A DNA stretch of 64,000 nt from a virus (lineage: Duplodnaviria; Caudoviricetes). A model generated the notes under the pieces. That model was not told where the DNA came from. It was given only the letters and a program-made list of their open reading frames with translations, and searched no databases. Below are positions 17,283 to 26,621 of the stretch, piece by piece. The translations under genes and the position numbers were made by a program. The stretch covers positions 1 through 64,000 of the IMG/VR virus record IMGVR_UViG_3300020069_000003, one strand, 5' to 3'. How positions within the stretch are numbered: the stretch's first letter is position 1; each line of letters begins with the position of its first letter.

Positions 17283-17783
17283 ATGCCCGACTACACCGGG
17301 GGACAGTTCCCGTCCCTGGACGGCAACCCGGCGGCCGAGGTGGCGCAGCGGACCGAGCCCGACACCGAGGGCAACTGGTTCCGCAAGGTGTTCACGGTGC
17401 ACAACCGGGCCCACACCGTCGGCCTGCCGGAGGATCACCAGATCCACCAGGACAACGCCGTGGGCGTACTGCAGGCGGCTCTCCAGCAGGGCCTGCATCC
17501 GAAGTCAGCCCCAGAGCTGGAGTCCGAGGAGCCGCACCCGTTCGACCCGAACCACACCAACCTGACCTACCGGGTACAGGTGGTTCCAGCGGTGGCGGAC
17601 GAGGACCCCGGCTCGACGGTCACCCCGTCCACGATGATGGGCGGCCACGACCTGATGACCGAGCCGCTGCCGGTGTACCCCGAGACGGGCTCCGGTGCGG
17701 TCTCGGAGGACCCGGAAGAGACGCCCGGCCCTGAGGACCCGGAGCCCGTGGGACAGGCGCCGGAAGAGGCCACGGAGGGCTGA
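17283..17783 (+). CDS. acidic hypothetical head-region protein
   Basis: AAGGAG SD; E/D/P-rich. Confidence 0.7.
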   Translation: MPDYTGGQFPSLDGNPAAEVAQRTEPDTEGNWFRKVFTVHNRAHTVGLPEDHQIHQDNAVGVLQAALQQGLHPKSAPELESEEPHPFDPNHTNLTYRVQVVPAVADEDPGSTVTPSTMMGGHDLMTEPLPVYPETGSGAVSEDPEETPGPEDPEPVGQAPEEATEG

Positions 17784-17789
17784 TCGCGG

Positions 17790-18419
17790 ATGTCCGCCAC
17801 CGGGTACGGCCAGACGGCGGACCTGTCCAGGGTCGCCAAGGTAGGCGACATCATGTCCGGCCCGCTGGTACTCAGCGGCAGCCCGCCGCTCCAGGTGGCG
17901 GCGGGGGCGGCTGCGGGCGACGTCTGGACCTCGGACAGCCAGGGCAACGGGTCCTGGCAGCCACCGGCGGGCAGCAACACCACCCCCTACCCGCGACAGT
18001 TCGAGGTGCGGGCAGACGGACCGGCCTCGACCCAGGTCGCCACGGTAGGTACTTGGACGCCGACCTACCTGTCGAACGCTGACACCGGCAACTTCGTCGG
18101 CTGGGTCAACATCTCCGACGGCGCCCAGAACGACAAGATCTCGTACGATCTGGCCTGCGCGGCCGGTACCTACACGGTCGAGCTTCTGCACCTGCCTTTT
18201 CAGAACCGGGGCATCTACACGATCCAGATCGACGGGGTGTCGGTCGGCACGGTCGACGGCTACGCTGCCAGCCTGACCCCGCAGCGTGCTAAGCTTACCG
18301 GCGTGGCGGTCAGCACGTCCGGGGTTCACACGGTCAGTCTGCTGATGGCGACCAAGAACGCAGCGTCCAGCAACTACGTGGGTGTGGCAGACCGGTTGAC
18401 GTTCACTCGGACTGCTTAG
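17790..18419 (+). CDS. putative head fibre/decoration protein with CBM-like beta-sandwich
   Basis: GDIMSGPL fibre-type motif; C-terminal GTYTV..IDG..G.HTV jelly-roll pattern. Confidence 0.55.
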   Translation: MSATGYGQTADLSRVAKVGDIMSGPLVLSGSPPLQVAAGAAAGDVWTSDSQGNGSWQPPAGSNTTPYPRQFEVRADGPASTQVATVGTWTPTYLSNADTGNFVGWVNISDGAQNDKISYDLACAAGTYTVELLHLPFQNRGIYTIQIDGVSVGTVDGYAASLTPQRAKLTGVAVSTSGVHTVSLLMATKNAASSNYVGVADRLTFTRTA

Positions 18420-18438
18420 GCGGGAGGGGGTGGTGTAG

Positions 18439-19287
18439 GTGACCATAAGCGTCAATCAAGGTCAGACAGCCGATCTGGTTGTGCAGTGGGACGCCTACCC
18501 GGGAGGTCCCCCTGCCGACGTTACCGGCCTGACCATAACCGTCAATCAGGTGGCCAACGGCAGCAACGTGCTAGGCCCCACGTCGGCGGGGGTGGTGCAC
18601 CAGGCTACCGGACTGTACACCTTCCAGTGGGCGGTGTCCACCAGCCAGGCGACCGGTGACTACGTGGCGATCTGGAACGCCACCTACGCCGGTTCTGCGG
18701 TCCAGACCTCCGAGATCGTAACGGTCGACGCGTACGACAACTCGGTGTTCCTGACCTGGTGCGACATCACGCTGGACGAGGATCTGATCGGCGGGCGCGG
18801 CAACGTGAACGCGGTGAATCCGGTCAACTGGGTGAACAACGTGACCGGGGTCACCCTCACCCCGCTGCAGATCCAGAACGCCCAGCAGGTACTGAACATG
18901 TTCAGCAACTACACCCCCGAGTCGTCCGGTTTCAACATGCAGCCGTCCGACCTGATGTATCTGCGCTACGGCCTGGCGTACCAGGCGGTGTGGCAGGTGG
19001 GGCAGCCGGGCCTGCTGTACCGGAACAACGCGAAGCAGCTGTCGCAGGATGGCCTGTCGACCACGATGGACGACCAGGGCACCGAGCGGTCTCTGATGCT
19101 GGCCCCGCTGGCGCTGCGGTCGCTGAAGCAGCTGTCCTGGCAGAAGTCCCGGTCGCTGCGGGTCCGTACGCCGTTCATCGACGACCAGACCCCGATCTCG
19201 TCGGACCCGGACGCCGAGGCCAACGACCTGTACGAGCGCTGGGTCGACATGTACAACTTCGGCTATCGAGGAAGCTCGACGCCGTAA
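18439..19287 (+). CDS. head-tail adaptor with N-terminal Ig-like domain
   Basis: Position; GLYTFQW...GDYVAIW Ig-like N-terminus. Confidence 0.65.
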   Translation: MTISVNQGQTADLVVQWDAYPGGPPADVTGLTITVNQVANGSNVLGPTSAGVVHQATGLYTFQWAVSTSQATGDYVAIWNATYAGSAVQTSEIVTVDAYDNSVFLTWCDITLDEDLIGGRGNVNAVNPVNWVNNVTGVTLTPLQIQNAQQVLNMFSNYTPESSGFNMQPSDLMYLRYGLAYQAVWQVGQPGLLYRNNAKQLSQDGLSTTMDDQGTERSLMLAPLALRSLKQLSWQKSRSLRVRTPFIDDQTPISSDPDAEANDLYERWVDMYNFGYRGSSTP

Positions 19288-19697
19288 TGAGCAAATCCGC
19301 CGACAGCATCGCCGCCCGCGAACAGGTGTACAAGCAGCTGTCCCGGCGGTTCCCGCCGGACGCCATCGCCTGGGTCAAGACCGTACGCTGGGACCCGGCC
19401 GCCAAGATCGACCTGGACGAGTTCGACACCTCCGATCGGTCGGACTGGGCGGCAGCATCCGAGCCTAAGCAGGTGGAGCGCGAAGTCAGCAAGTGGCAGG
19501 ACGGGACCGCCGCGCCAGCGGTCGCCATCCGGATCGGTGCCAGCCCGCAGTTGATCATCGTCGACGGACACCACCGGCTCATGGCCCGGGAGCACATGCA
19601 CAAGCGCCGCATGTTGACCTGGGTCGGGTACGTGCCGAACAACACCGGTCCGTGGATGGAGACCCACCTGTCCCAGTTTGGAGGCCCGTCAGGCTGA
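19287..19697 (+). CDS. ParB/Srx-like domain protein
   Basis: LIIVDGHHRL motif; TAATG coupling. Confidence 0.7.
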   Translation: MSKSADSIAAREQVYKQLSRRFPPDAIAWVKTVRWDPAAKIDLDEFDTSDRSDWAAASEPKQVEREVSKWQDGTAAPAVAIRIGASPQLIIVDGHHRLMAREHMHKRRMLTWVGYVPNNTGPWMETHLSQFGGPSG

Positions 19698-20026
19698 TGC
19701 AAGCCTTCCCCACCACCACAGTCAGCATCCTGCGGGGCACCCACACCACCCCCGCCGGTGACACCGTGGACTCGCTCACCCCGGTCCACACCGGCATACC
19801 CGCATCCGTCATGGAGCGCAACCGCAACGGGATCGACTCCCAGACCCAGGACCCCCGGGTGTACCGATACACCGTCTGCCGCCTCCCGGCCGGTACCGAC
19901 GTGCTCGACACGGACCTGCTGAAGGACGAGACCTCGGGCAAGATTTACTCCATCTCGGCGGTGTCTGTGCTCAACAGTCCGGTACACACGCCGGATCTGA
20001 GGCTGGACCTGCAGTACGTCAACTGA
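19697..20026 (+). CDS. head-closure/stopper protein
   Basis: Position, 109 aa, beta-rich. Confidence 0.65.
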   Translation: MQAFPTTTVSILRGTHTTPAGDTVDSLTPVHTGIPASVMERNRNGIDSQTQDPRVYRYTVCRLPAGTDVLDTDLLKDETSGKIYSISAVSVLNSPVHTPDLRLDLQYVN

Positions 20027-20089
20027 CACGGACCCGGTTCCAACTGTATACTTGGTCCAACATAAGCTTATCTTCGGAGGCGAAGCACC

Positions 20090-20314
20090 ATGGCCAACAT
20101 TCCGGACCTGGGGAGCCGCGACCCGCTGAACGCGGACCGGCCTGCGGGCAACGCCTCCAACGGCGTCTCGCCCGGCCAGACCGCGAAGCTCCTTCGCGGC
20201 CAGGGCGCGATCGGCGCGGCCCAGGAGGCGCACCACCAGCCGACCAAGGAAGCGCACCCGAACGGCCCGTTCGTCGACCGCGACGGCAGCCGCTACCGGG
20301 TCCCGAGCAAGTAG
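20090..20314 (+). CDS. small hypothetical protein
   Basis: GGAGG SD, 74 aa. Confidence 0.6.
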   Translation: MANIPDLGSRDPLNADRPAGNASNGVSPGQTAKLLRGQGAIGAAQEAHHQPTKEAHPNGPFVDRDGSRYRVPSK

Positions 20315-20417
20315 CCCGGCGCTCGTCCCACAAGCAAGCACCAGCGCCGTCCCCTGCAGCCGGGGTAGACCCGGTAGGGGGTGGTGTAACGACCCGACGT
20401 AGAGGAGGGTGTGTTCG

Positions 20418-20786
20418 GTGGCCACTGAACTGCAGATCAACGACGGCTGGTACGAGGACCACGTCCTACCCAGGGTCAACGAGGTTGTGATCCGTACCGC
20501 TGTCGCCGTGCGCGCAGATGCGCAGCAGATCTGCCCGGTGGATACCGGCGCACTCAAGGAGTCGTTGGTCGCTCTGAACGTGTCGCTGGGCGTCGCCCGC
20601 GTCTCCTCCCACCTGCCGTATTGCGCGGCGGTCGAGCTGGGCTTCCACGGCGAGGAGTACGTCAGGCCGTACATGCGCCAGGGTCACCAGGTGCGCGGCC
20701 ACATCCGGCAGGGCAACAGTCCCGAGCAGCCGTTCCTGCGTCCGGCGCTGTACCGCGTCCGCGACCTGTCCGCGATCATGGCGTGA
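20418..20786 (+). CDS. HK97 gp10-like tail-completion protein
   Basis: PVDTGALKES, VELG and PEQPFLRPAL motifs. Confidence 0.85.
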   Translation: MATELQINDGWYEDHVLPRVNEVVIRTAVAVRADAQQICPVDTGALKESLVALNVSLGVARVSSHLPYCAAVELGFHGEEYVRPYMRQGHQVRGHIRQGNSPEQPFLRPALYRVRDLSAIMA

Positions 20787-20787
20787 C

Positions 20788-21258
20788 ATGACGTACACCT
20801 ACCGCGCCAACACCGACCTGGTGACCGGGCTGTGGCTGTCCAGCCTGCCCGGTCTCAACTCCGGCATGAACGGACGCCAGGTGCCGGAGAAGGTCGAGCA
20901 GAACGCCAGCCTGGTCACCTCCGGTTTCGTAACCTGGGCGACGGTCGGCGGCAGCCCGAACATGTACGTACCCGAGCGCGAGCCGGTACTGTCGATCAAG
21001 TGCTATGGGTTCCCGGCCTTGACTGCCTCCCGCAAGCCCCAATGGGCCATAGCGAACGGTCTGGCCGAGAACATTGTCGCCGCCTGCCAGGATACCTCGA
21101 ACTTCAACGCCAAGCTGATACTGCCCAGCGGATACCCGCCCGCTCGGGTCCAGCAGGCGCACGCGCTACAGGAACCGCGTCCGCTGTACGGGGACCGTGC
21201 GTACTGGGCGGTCTACCAATTCGATCTGCAGATGTACTGGTTGGAGCTGCCATCATGA
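20788..21258 (+). CDS. tail terminator
   Basis: Position between gp10-like and major tail genes. Confidence 0.7.
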   Translation: MTYTYRANTDLVTGLWLSSLPGLNSGMNGRQVPEKVEQNASLVTSGFVTWATVGGSPNMYVPEREPVLSIKCYGFPALTASRKPQWAIANGLAENIVAACQDTSNFNAKLILPSGYPPARVQQAHALQEPRPLYGDRAYWAVYQFDLQMYWLELPS

Positions 21259-21482
21259 ACCGCAGGTACGCGATGGTGGGGGCAGTGTCGAACGAACCGC
21301 TGTCCTACGGCGGTCTGATCCTGATTCACGACGACCCGGCCGAGCTGGAGTTCCTGTTCCAGGGCGTGGCGAAGGTGGTGGAGCTGGGCGGCCAGTTCCC
21401 CGAGCACGACTGCATGTCGATCAAGCAGCACCCGGAACTGGCGTCGATGCGCTGGCCGCTGGACCGAGGGGATTTCACATGA
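21255..21482 (+). CDS. hypothetical protein
   Basis: ATGA-coupled 75 aa ORF. Confidence 0.65.
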   Translation: MNRRYAMVGAVSNEPLSYGGLILIHDDPAELEFLFQGVAKVVELGGQFPEHDCMSIKQHPELASMRWPLDRGDFT

Positions 21483-21703
21483 CCGAGCACCGGATCACCA
21501 CCACGATGCAGCCCGACCGGGTGATCGAGGTCTCCGACGAGGAGCTGCAGGACCTGCAGCGCATGAACGTGGTCGCCTCCCTGCTGGGCGACGACCCGCC
21601 GACACAGGAGGTAGCCGACGGTGGCCAGGAAGAGTCCGAAGCTGACGGCGGACAAGCGCCGGAGCCTGAAGAAATCAGATTTCGCCCTGCCGGGAAAGAG
21701 TAG
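21479..21703 (+). CDS. hypothetical acidic protein
   Basis: ATGA-coupled. Confidence 0.55.
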   Translation: MTEHRITTTMQPDRVIEVSDEELQDLQRMNVVASLLGDDPPTQEVADGGQEESEADGGQAPEPEEIRFRPAGKE

Positions 21704-21875
21704 CTCCACGCCCGGCGCGAAGGGATCGTACCCGATCGACACGCCGGGCCGGGCCCAGAACGCCCTCGGAAAGGCGAAGCGTTTCGCCAGCCCGGCGGAG
21801 CAGGCGACGGTCAAAAAGAACGTCGCCAAGAAATACCCGGGGATGAAGATCTCCGGCGGTAAGAAGAAGAAGTAA
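21621..21875 (+). CDS. Lys-rich DUF6582-like protein
   Basis: RRSLKKSDFALP...YPID...AQNAL pattern; GGAGGT SD; overlaps the previous ORF by 83 nt. Confidence 0.6.
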   Translation: MARKSPKLTADKRRSLKKSDFALPGKSSSTPGAKGSYPIDTPGRAQNALGKAKRFASPAEQATVKKNVAKKYPGMKISGGKKKK

Positions 21876-21932
21876 CCACACCACCCCCGCCCGAACCGCC
21901 TGCCGGGCCTCCACAGAAGACAGGAGTTCTCG

Positions 21933-22508
21933 GTGTCTGTCACCGTCACCAACCTGATCATGGGCCCCGGCACGATCTATCAGGGCCTGTTCGGCGCGGC
22001 TGAGCCGCCCGACTACAACGTGAACCTGACTCCGGCGACGTCCTCCTGGACCGACATGGGGGGCACGCTCAACGGCATCACCCTCTCGGTCGACCAGCAG
22101 TACACCGAGCTGATGGTCGACCAGCTGGTCGACTCGATCGGCCGCCGACTCACCAAGCGCGAGTTCCTGATCACGACCCAGCTGGCCGAGCCGACGCTGA
22201 ACAACCTGGCGGTGTCGCTGAACGGCGCCACCACCACCTCCGGTGCCACCTCGGCCGCCGGTACCTACCAGACGCTGGAGCCGCTGTACGCCACCTCGGC
22301 CACCCAGCCGACCTACATCGCGATGGTGATCGACGGGTACGCCCCGAACTCGCTGCGCCGTCGCGCGATCTTCCGCCGGATGCTGTCGACGGCCAAGGTC
22401 GACACCGCCATGGACAAGGTCAAGCAGACCGTGTTCACGGTGTCGTTCAACGGGCACTACGTCAGCTCCACCATCGCACCCATCCACGTCGTCGACCAGC
22501 TTTCCTGA
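21933..22508 (+). CDS. major tail protein
   Basis: MGGTLNGITL and TTQLAEPTLNNL typical of actinophage tail tube proteins. Confidence 0.85.
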   Translation: MSVTVTNLIMGPGTIYQGLFGAAEPPDYNVNLTPATSSWTDMGGTLNGITLSVDQQYTELMVDQLVDSIGRRLTKREFLITTQLAEPTLNNLAVSLNGATTTSGATSAAGTYQTLEPLYATSATQPTYIAMVIDGYAPNSLRRRAIFRRMLSTAKVDTAMDKVKQTVFTVSFNGHYVSSTIAPIHVVDQLS

Positions 22509-22540
22509 CCGGCGCGCCCCCACCTGAGGACACACCGCCT

Positions 22541-22981
22541 GTGGCCACCACCGTCAAAAAGACCGCCACCTCCCCGTCCAGCCGTGCCCGTACGGTCAAG
22601 GCGCCGACCGACCGCCCCCGGGCGCGTAAGAAGGCGGCTGCGGTCGAGGACATCCCGATGCCCGAGATCGACGTCCTCGACCTCGACGCGGAGGACCTGG
22701 AGGAGGGGGAGCCGGATTTTGTAGAGATCTTCCGCCTGGGCGGGAAGTCCTACTACATCGACCGGAACATCGGGGCCGGGGCGGCGCTGCGGATGCTGAA
22801 GACCATCAACACCAGCGGCGAGAACGCGGCAGTGGGGGCGATGCTGATGGAGCTGCTGGGCGAGGAGGCGTTCGACGCCCTGGCCAACCACCGGGGCATC
22901 AAGCCGCAGCACCTGGCGCAGGTGCTGCTGTCCTGTCAGAAGGCCATCCTGGGGGACGACAAGATGGGCCCAAAAGCCTGA
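22541..22981 (+). CDS. tail assembly chaperone (G)
   Basis: Position before the tape measure gene; ends in a slippery site. Confidence 0.8.
   Translation: MATTVKKTATSPSSRARTVKAPTDRPRARKKAAAVEDIPMPEIDVLDLDAEDLEEGEPDFVEIFRLGGKSYYIDRNIGAGAALRMLKTINTSGENAAVGAMLMELLGEEAFDALANHRGIKPQHLAQVLLSCQKAILGDDKMGPKA
22969..22975 (+). other. -1 programmed frameshift site C CCA AAA
   Basis: X XXY YYZ heptamer in frame; the -1 frame is open to 23379. Confidence 0.8.
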
Positions 22982-23379
22982 TCCTGCCCCGGCTGAAGTC
23001 CATGCTGTGGGTGCTGGAGATGGAGGGAGACGTAGAGTCCGACCTGTCGGTGTTCCACCGGGTAGACGACATGTACCGCATGGGATCTCGTCGGTGGGCG
23101 GTACTGGTGCCCCGGCTGTCCGCCTACGGCGGGGCGGTCCAGTACAGACTGCGTACCTGGGACCAGCAGGAGACGGAGCAGCAGGCGCCAGCTTCAACCC
23201 CGGCACCAGCGGTTCAACCCGGGCGTACCCCGGCGGGGGGTGGTGTAGAAGTGCAGATAGCGGCAGACGGTACCCCGATGCTACCGGGCCCACCGTCGCC
23301 GTGGGACGGCAAGGAGGTCGAGGCGACACCGGCAGCTCTGCGGTTCTCGGATATCGGTGACATGTTCAGCTTCGGATGA
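22975..23379 (+). CDS. tail assembly chaperone frameshift extension (T)
   Basis: -1 frame ORF containing 23002..23379. Confidence 0.75.
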   Translation, partial: SLILPRLKSMLWVLEMEGDVESDLSVFHRVDDMYRMGSRRWAVLVPRLSAYGGAVQYRLRTWDQQETEQQAPASTPAPAVQPGRTPAGGGVEVQIAADGTPMLPGPPSPWDGKEVEATPAALRFSDIGDMFSFG

Positions 23380-23396
23380 TCGGTTAGGAGACGTCG

Positions 23397-26300
23397 GTGT
23401 CGGACGACGGCATGGGTTTCGAGATAGCTCGTGCCTACATCCAGATCGCCGCCAAGGATCAGGGTCTGCGGGACCAGGTCAACGCCATGCTGGAGCAGGC
23501 GGTGGCGGGCCAGGTCATGCAGATCCAGATGGCCGCCAAAGACGACAACCTGCGCTCACAGGTGTCGTCCAAGGTAAAGGAAGCTGAAGCCGGGGAGCAG
23601 CTGGAGATCCCGCTGGTCTTCGAGAGCGAGGCGGCGACTGAGAAAGTCAAGGCCGAGATCGACGAGATCAAGGTCGAGTCTCACGTCGATCTGAACCTCG
23701 AGACCGGGGACGCCGAGGCCAAGCTGGCGGGAATCGCGGCCGAGGAAGAGGAGGTCAAGCGCAAGTCTGACGACCTCGGGAACAACGAAGGCATCGAACG
23801 CCTGCGTGCTTCGATAGACGGCCTGGCCGGGGACATCATCGGACTGAACCAGTCCACCGACGACGTCCGCAACGCCATGTCCAACATGAAGCGGTCGGTG
23901 GACGACGTCCAGTCGTCTTTCGGGTCCTCCAGGCGCGAGGCCCAAGATCTCGAGGTAGACATCGAGGTGGTGGCCGACAGGGCCGATCGCCTTGGGGAGT
24001 CTGCCTCAGGAGCCGCCTCCTCCGGCGGCGGCATGTCCTCCATGATGCTCGGCATGGCAGGTGCCGCGCTGGCGCTGGCCCCAGCGCTGGCCGCCATACC
24101 CGCCGCCATCGGCGGTTTCGCCCTGGGTCTGGGTACCGCCATGGGAGCGCTGAAGGGCGTGATGGCGGCGGTCTCGGCGGCGGGCCAAGAGGTGGGGTCG
24201 GCGGGGGCTGCGGGCAATCAGGCCGCGCAGACCGCCTTCTCGAACGCGATACAGATCCGGAACGCCGAGCAGGCGATCTCCGACGCCAAGCGCCAGTCTG
24301 CGATCGCGGCCCAGAACTCGGCCGACTCGATCACCTCCGCCGAGCAGCACATCGCCGACTCGATGTACTCGGTACAGCAGGCCGAACAGTCGCTGCAGAA
24401 CGCTGAGCAGTCGGAGACGCTGGCCCAGCAGGCACTGACTCAGGCGCGGCAGGACGCGGCCAACGCGCTGATCGACTCCCAGAACGCAGCAGCCGACGCC
24501 CACCTGTCGGTGGAGGCGGCCCAGCTGGCAGTGGCGGACGCGCAGCAGAACCTGACTGCCGTCAACGACAACAGCCTGTCGACCGACTTGCAGAAGCAGC
24601 ACGCGGCGCTGCAGCTGGCCCAGGCGCAGCAGCAGCTGATCGATGCCAAGCAGCGCGATGTCGAGGCCACGCAGAAGTCCAACCAGGCTACCCAGAACGG
24701 GGTGGACCAGGCACCGAACGTACTGTCGGCGCAGCGGGCTCTGCAGTCGGCCATCCAAGGTGTCGCGTCGGCCCAGCACGGCGTCACCCAGGCCAACCAG
24801 CAGGCGGCCGACGCACAGCATGCTCTGGCTGTCGCACAGCGCAACGCGGCCAACCAGCAGATCTCTTCGGCCGAGGCTGTACAGAAGGCGGAGCAGAACC
24901 TCACCGACACCATCAAGCAGCAGCAGCTGGCCGCTGCCGCCGCAGCTGCGTCCGGGGCGGGCGGTGCGTCCGCCTACCAGCAGGCGATGCAGAAGCTCAC
25001 GCCGGTCGGACGCGAGATCGTCGGTATCATCCTGCAGATGAAGCAGCAGCTGGACGGGGTGGCGCAGAACGCCTTTCTGCCTGGTTTTCTGAAGTTCCTG
25101 CAGGACATCCAGCCGCTGATGCCTGAGGTGAAGACCGCGATCACCGAAGCAGGCCAGGCGTTCGGCGGTTTCTTCGCCCAATTGGGCAGCCTGTTCCAGA
25201 ATAAGCAGTTCGTCCAGGATTTCTTCGAGGTCCTGCACCAGGGTGTCGGGTTCATGTCCACCGTCGGCGGCGGATTCCTGGACATGTTCGACAAGATCGT
25301 GACCGCCGCCTCACAGGCGGCTCCGATCGTCCAGGCTCTGGGGTCGGGACTGTCGGAGGTCCTATCCGGCATCGGGGACCTGTTCCAAGGTCTGGTCGAG
25401 GGTGGGTCGGGCGCAGGCGACACCATCCACATGATCCTGACTCTGATCTCGGACCTGATGGGTCCGGTCGGTAAGCTGGTGGGGGCGATATCGTCAGCGC
25501 TGGGTCCGGCACTGACTACGCTGATGCCTCCGCTGTCGCGTCTGATCAACGCTCTGGTTCAGATGCTGATGCCGGTAATCCAGGCTCTGTCGCCGTTCTT
25601 GAACCTGGTCGCCCAGATGCTGGGCGACATACTGGACGCGATCGACCCGATCCTGCCGCAGATCGGACAGCTGGCGGCTCTGTTGGTCAACCTGGCCACC
25701 CAGGTCCTGACTCCGCTGATGCCGCTGTTCCAGCAGCTGGTCAACATCATCGTAGCGTCTTTGTCCGGCAATATGTCGAACCTGACCAAGCTGGTGCAGG
25801 AGCTGACCAGCGCGATGGTTCAGATCATGCCCGCGCTGATACCGCTGATCCAGGACTTCCTGAATCTGTTCCAGGCTGTGCTTCCGCTGATCTCGCTGTT
25901 CCAGCAATTCGAGACAGCGGTGGTGTCCAAGGTCATACCGCCGATTGCTTCGATCATCACGTGGCTGCTTCAGCTGGTGGACAAGATCTTGGGCCCGGTC
26001 ACCCAGGGGTGGACCATCCTGGTCCAGGAGATGACCGGGTGGATGTCTCACATCGCCAGCGACGTGCAGAGCTGGCTGGGACACGTGGGGCAGTACTGGG
26101 ACAACATGGTCTCGTTCGTGTCCGGGCTGCCGGGTCGTATCGCCAGGGCGGCCTCGGGCATGTGGGACGGGATCTGGAGAGAGTTCAAGCAGGTGTACAA
26201 CAGCATCGCCAACGCGTGGAACAACCTGTCGTTCACGATCCCCGGCATCGACACCCACATCCCCGGTATCGGAACCATCGGCGGTATCACCGTCGGCATC

Positions 26301-26621
26301 CCGTCGTGGGCGGACATCCCCACCCTGGCGCAGGGCGCAAACATCACCCAAGGCGGTGTAGTCACCGTGGGCGACGCCGGTCCCGAGCGGCTGTATGTAC
26401 CGGCCGGGGCCAAGGTCGAGCCACTGGGATACGGGTTCACGCAGGCACAGAGTCCGCAGCCGACGGGAGGGGGTGGTGTAGTGGTGCAGAACCTGATCGT
26501 CAACATCACCAACAAGATGATGGCCGATTTCAGCAGACCGAACTCGCTCGACGCTAACGCGAAACTGTATGCTAAGCAGATTCGGGACGCGCTGATCACG
26601 GTACAGAGGGACAACCCATGA
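23397..26621 (+). CDS. tape measure protein
   Basis: 1074 aa; FEIARAYIQI start, Q/A coiled coil, amphipathic repeats, C-terminal GGxxxVGDAGPE. Confidence 0.93.
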   Translation: MSDDGMGFEIARAYIQIAAKDQGLRDQVNAMLEQAVAGQVMQIQMAAKDDNLRSQVSSKVKEAEAGEQLEIPLVFESEAATEKVKAEIDEIKVESHVDLNLETGDAEAKLAGIAAEEEEVKRKSDDLGNNEGIERLRASIDGLAGDIIGLNQSTDDVRNAMSNMKRSVDDVQSSFGSSRREAQDLEVDIEVVADRADRLGESASGAASSGGGMSSMMLGMAGAALALAPALAAIPAAIGGFALGLGTAMGALKGVMAAVSAAGQEVGSAGAAGNQAAQTAFSNAIQIRNAEQAISDAKRQSAIAAQNSADSITSAEQHIADSMYSVQQAEQSLQNAEQSETLAQQALTQARQDAANALIDSQNAAADAHLSVEAAQLAVADAQQNLTAVNDNSLSTDLQKQHAALQLAQAQQQLIDAKQRDVEATQKSNQATQNGVDQAPNVLSAQRALQSAIQGVASAQHGVTQANQQAADAQHALAVAQRNAANQQISSAEAVQKAEQNLTDTIKQQQLAAAAAAASGAGGASAYQQAMQKLTPVGREIVGIILQMKQQLDGVAQNAFLPGFLKFLQDIQPLMPEVKTAITEAGQAFGGFFAQLGSLFQNKQFVQDFFEVLHQGVGFMSTVGGGFLDMFDKIVTAASQAAPIVQALGSGLSEVLSGIGDLFQGLVEGGSGAGDTIHMILTLISDLMGPVGKLVGAISSALGPALTTLMPPLSRLINALVQMLMPVIQALSPFLNLVAQMLGDILDAIDPILPQIGQLAALLVNLATQVLTPLMPLFQQLVNIIVASLSGNMSNLTKLVQELTSAMVQIMPALIPLIQDFLNLFQAVLPLISLFQQFETAVVSKVIPPIASIITWLLQLVDKILGPVTQGWTILVQEMTGWMSHIASDVQSWLGHVGQYWDNMVSFVSGLPGRIARAASGMWDGIWREFKQVYNSIANAWNNLSFTIPGIDTHIPGIGTIGGITVGIPSWADIPTLAQGANITQGGVVTVGDAGPERLYVPAGAKVEPLGYGFTQAQSPQPTGGGGVVVQNLIVNITNKMMADFSRPNSLDANAKLYAKQIRDALITVQRDNP

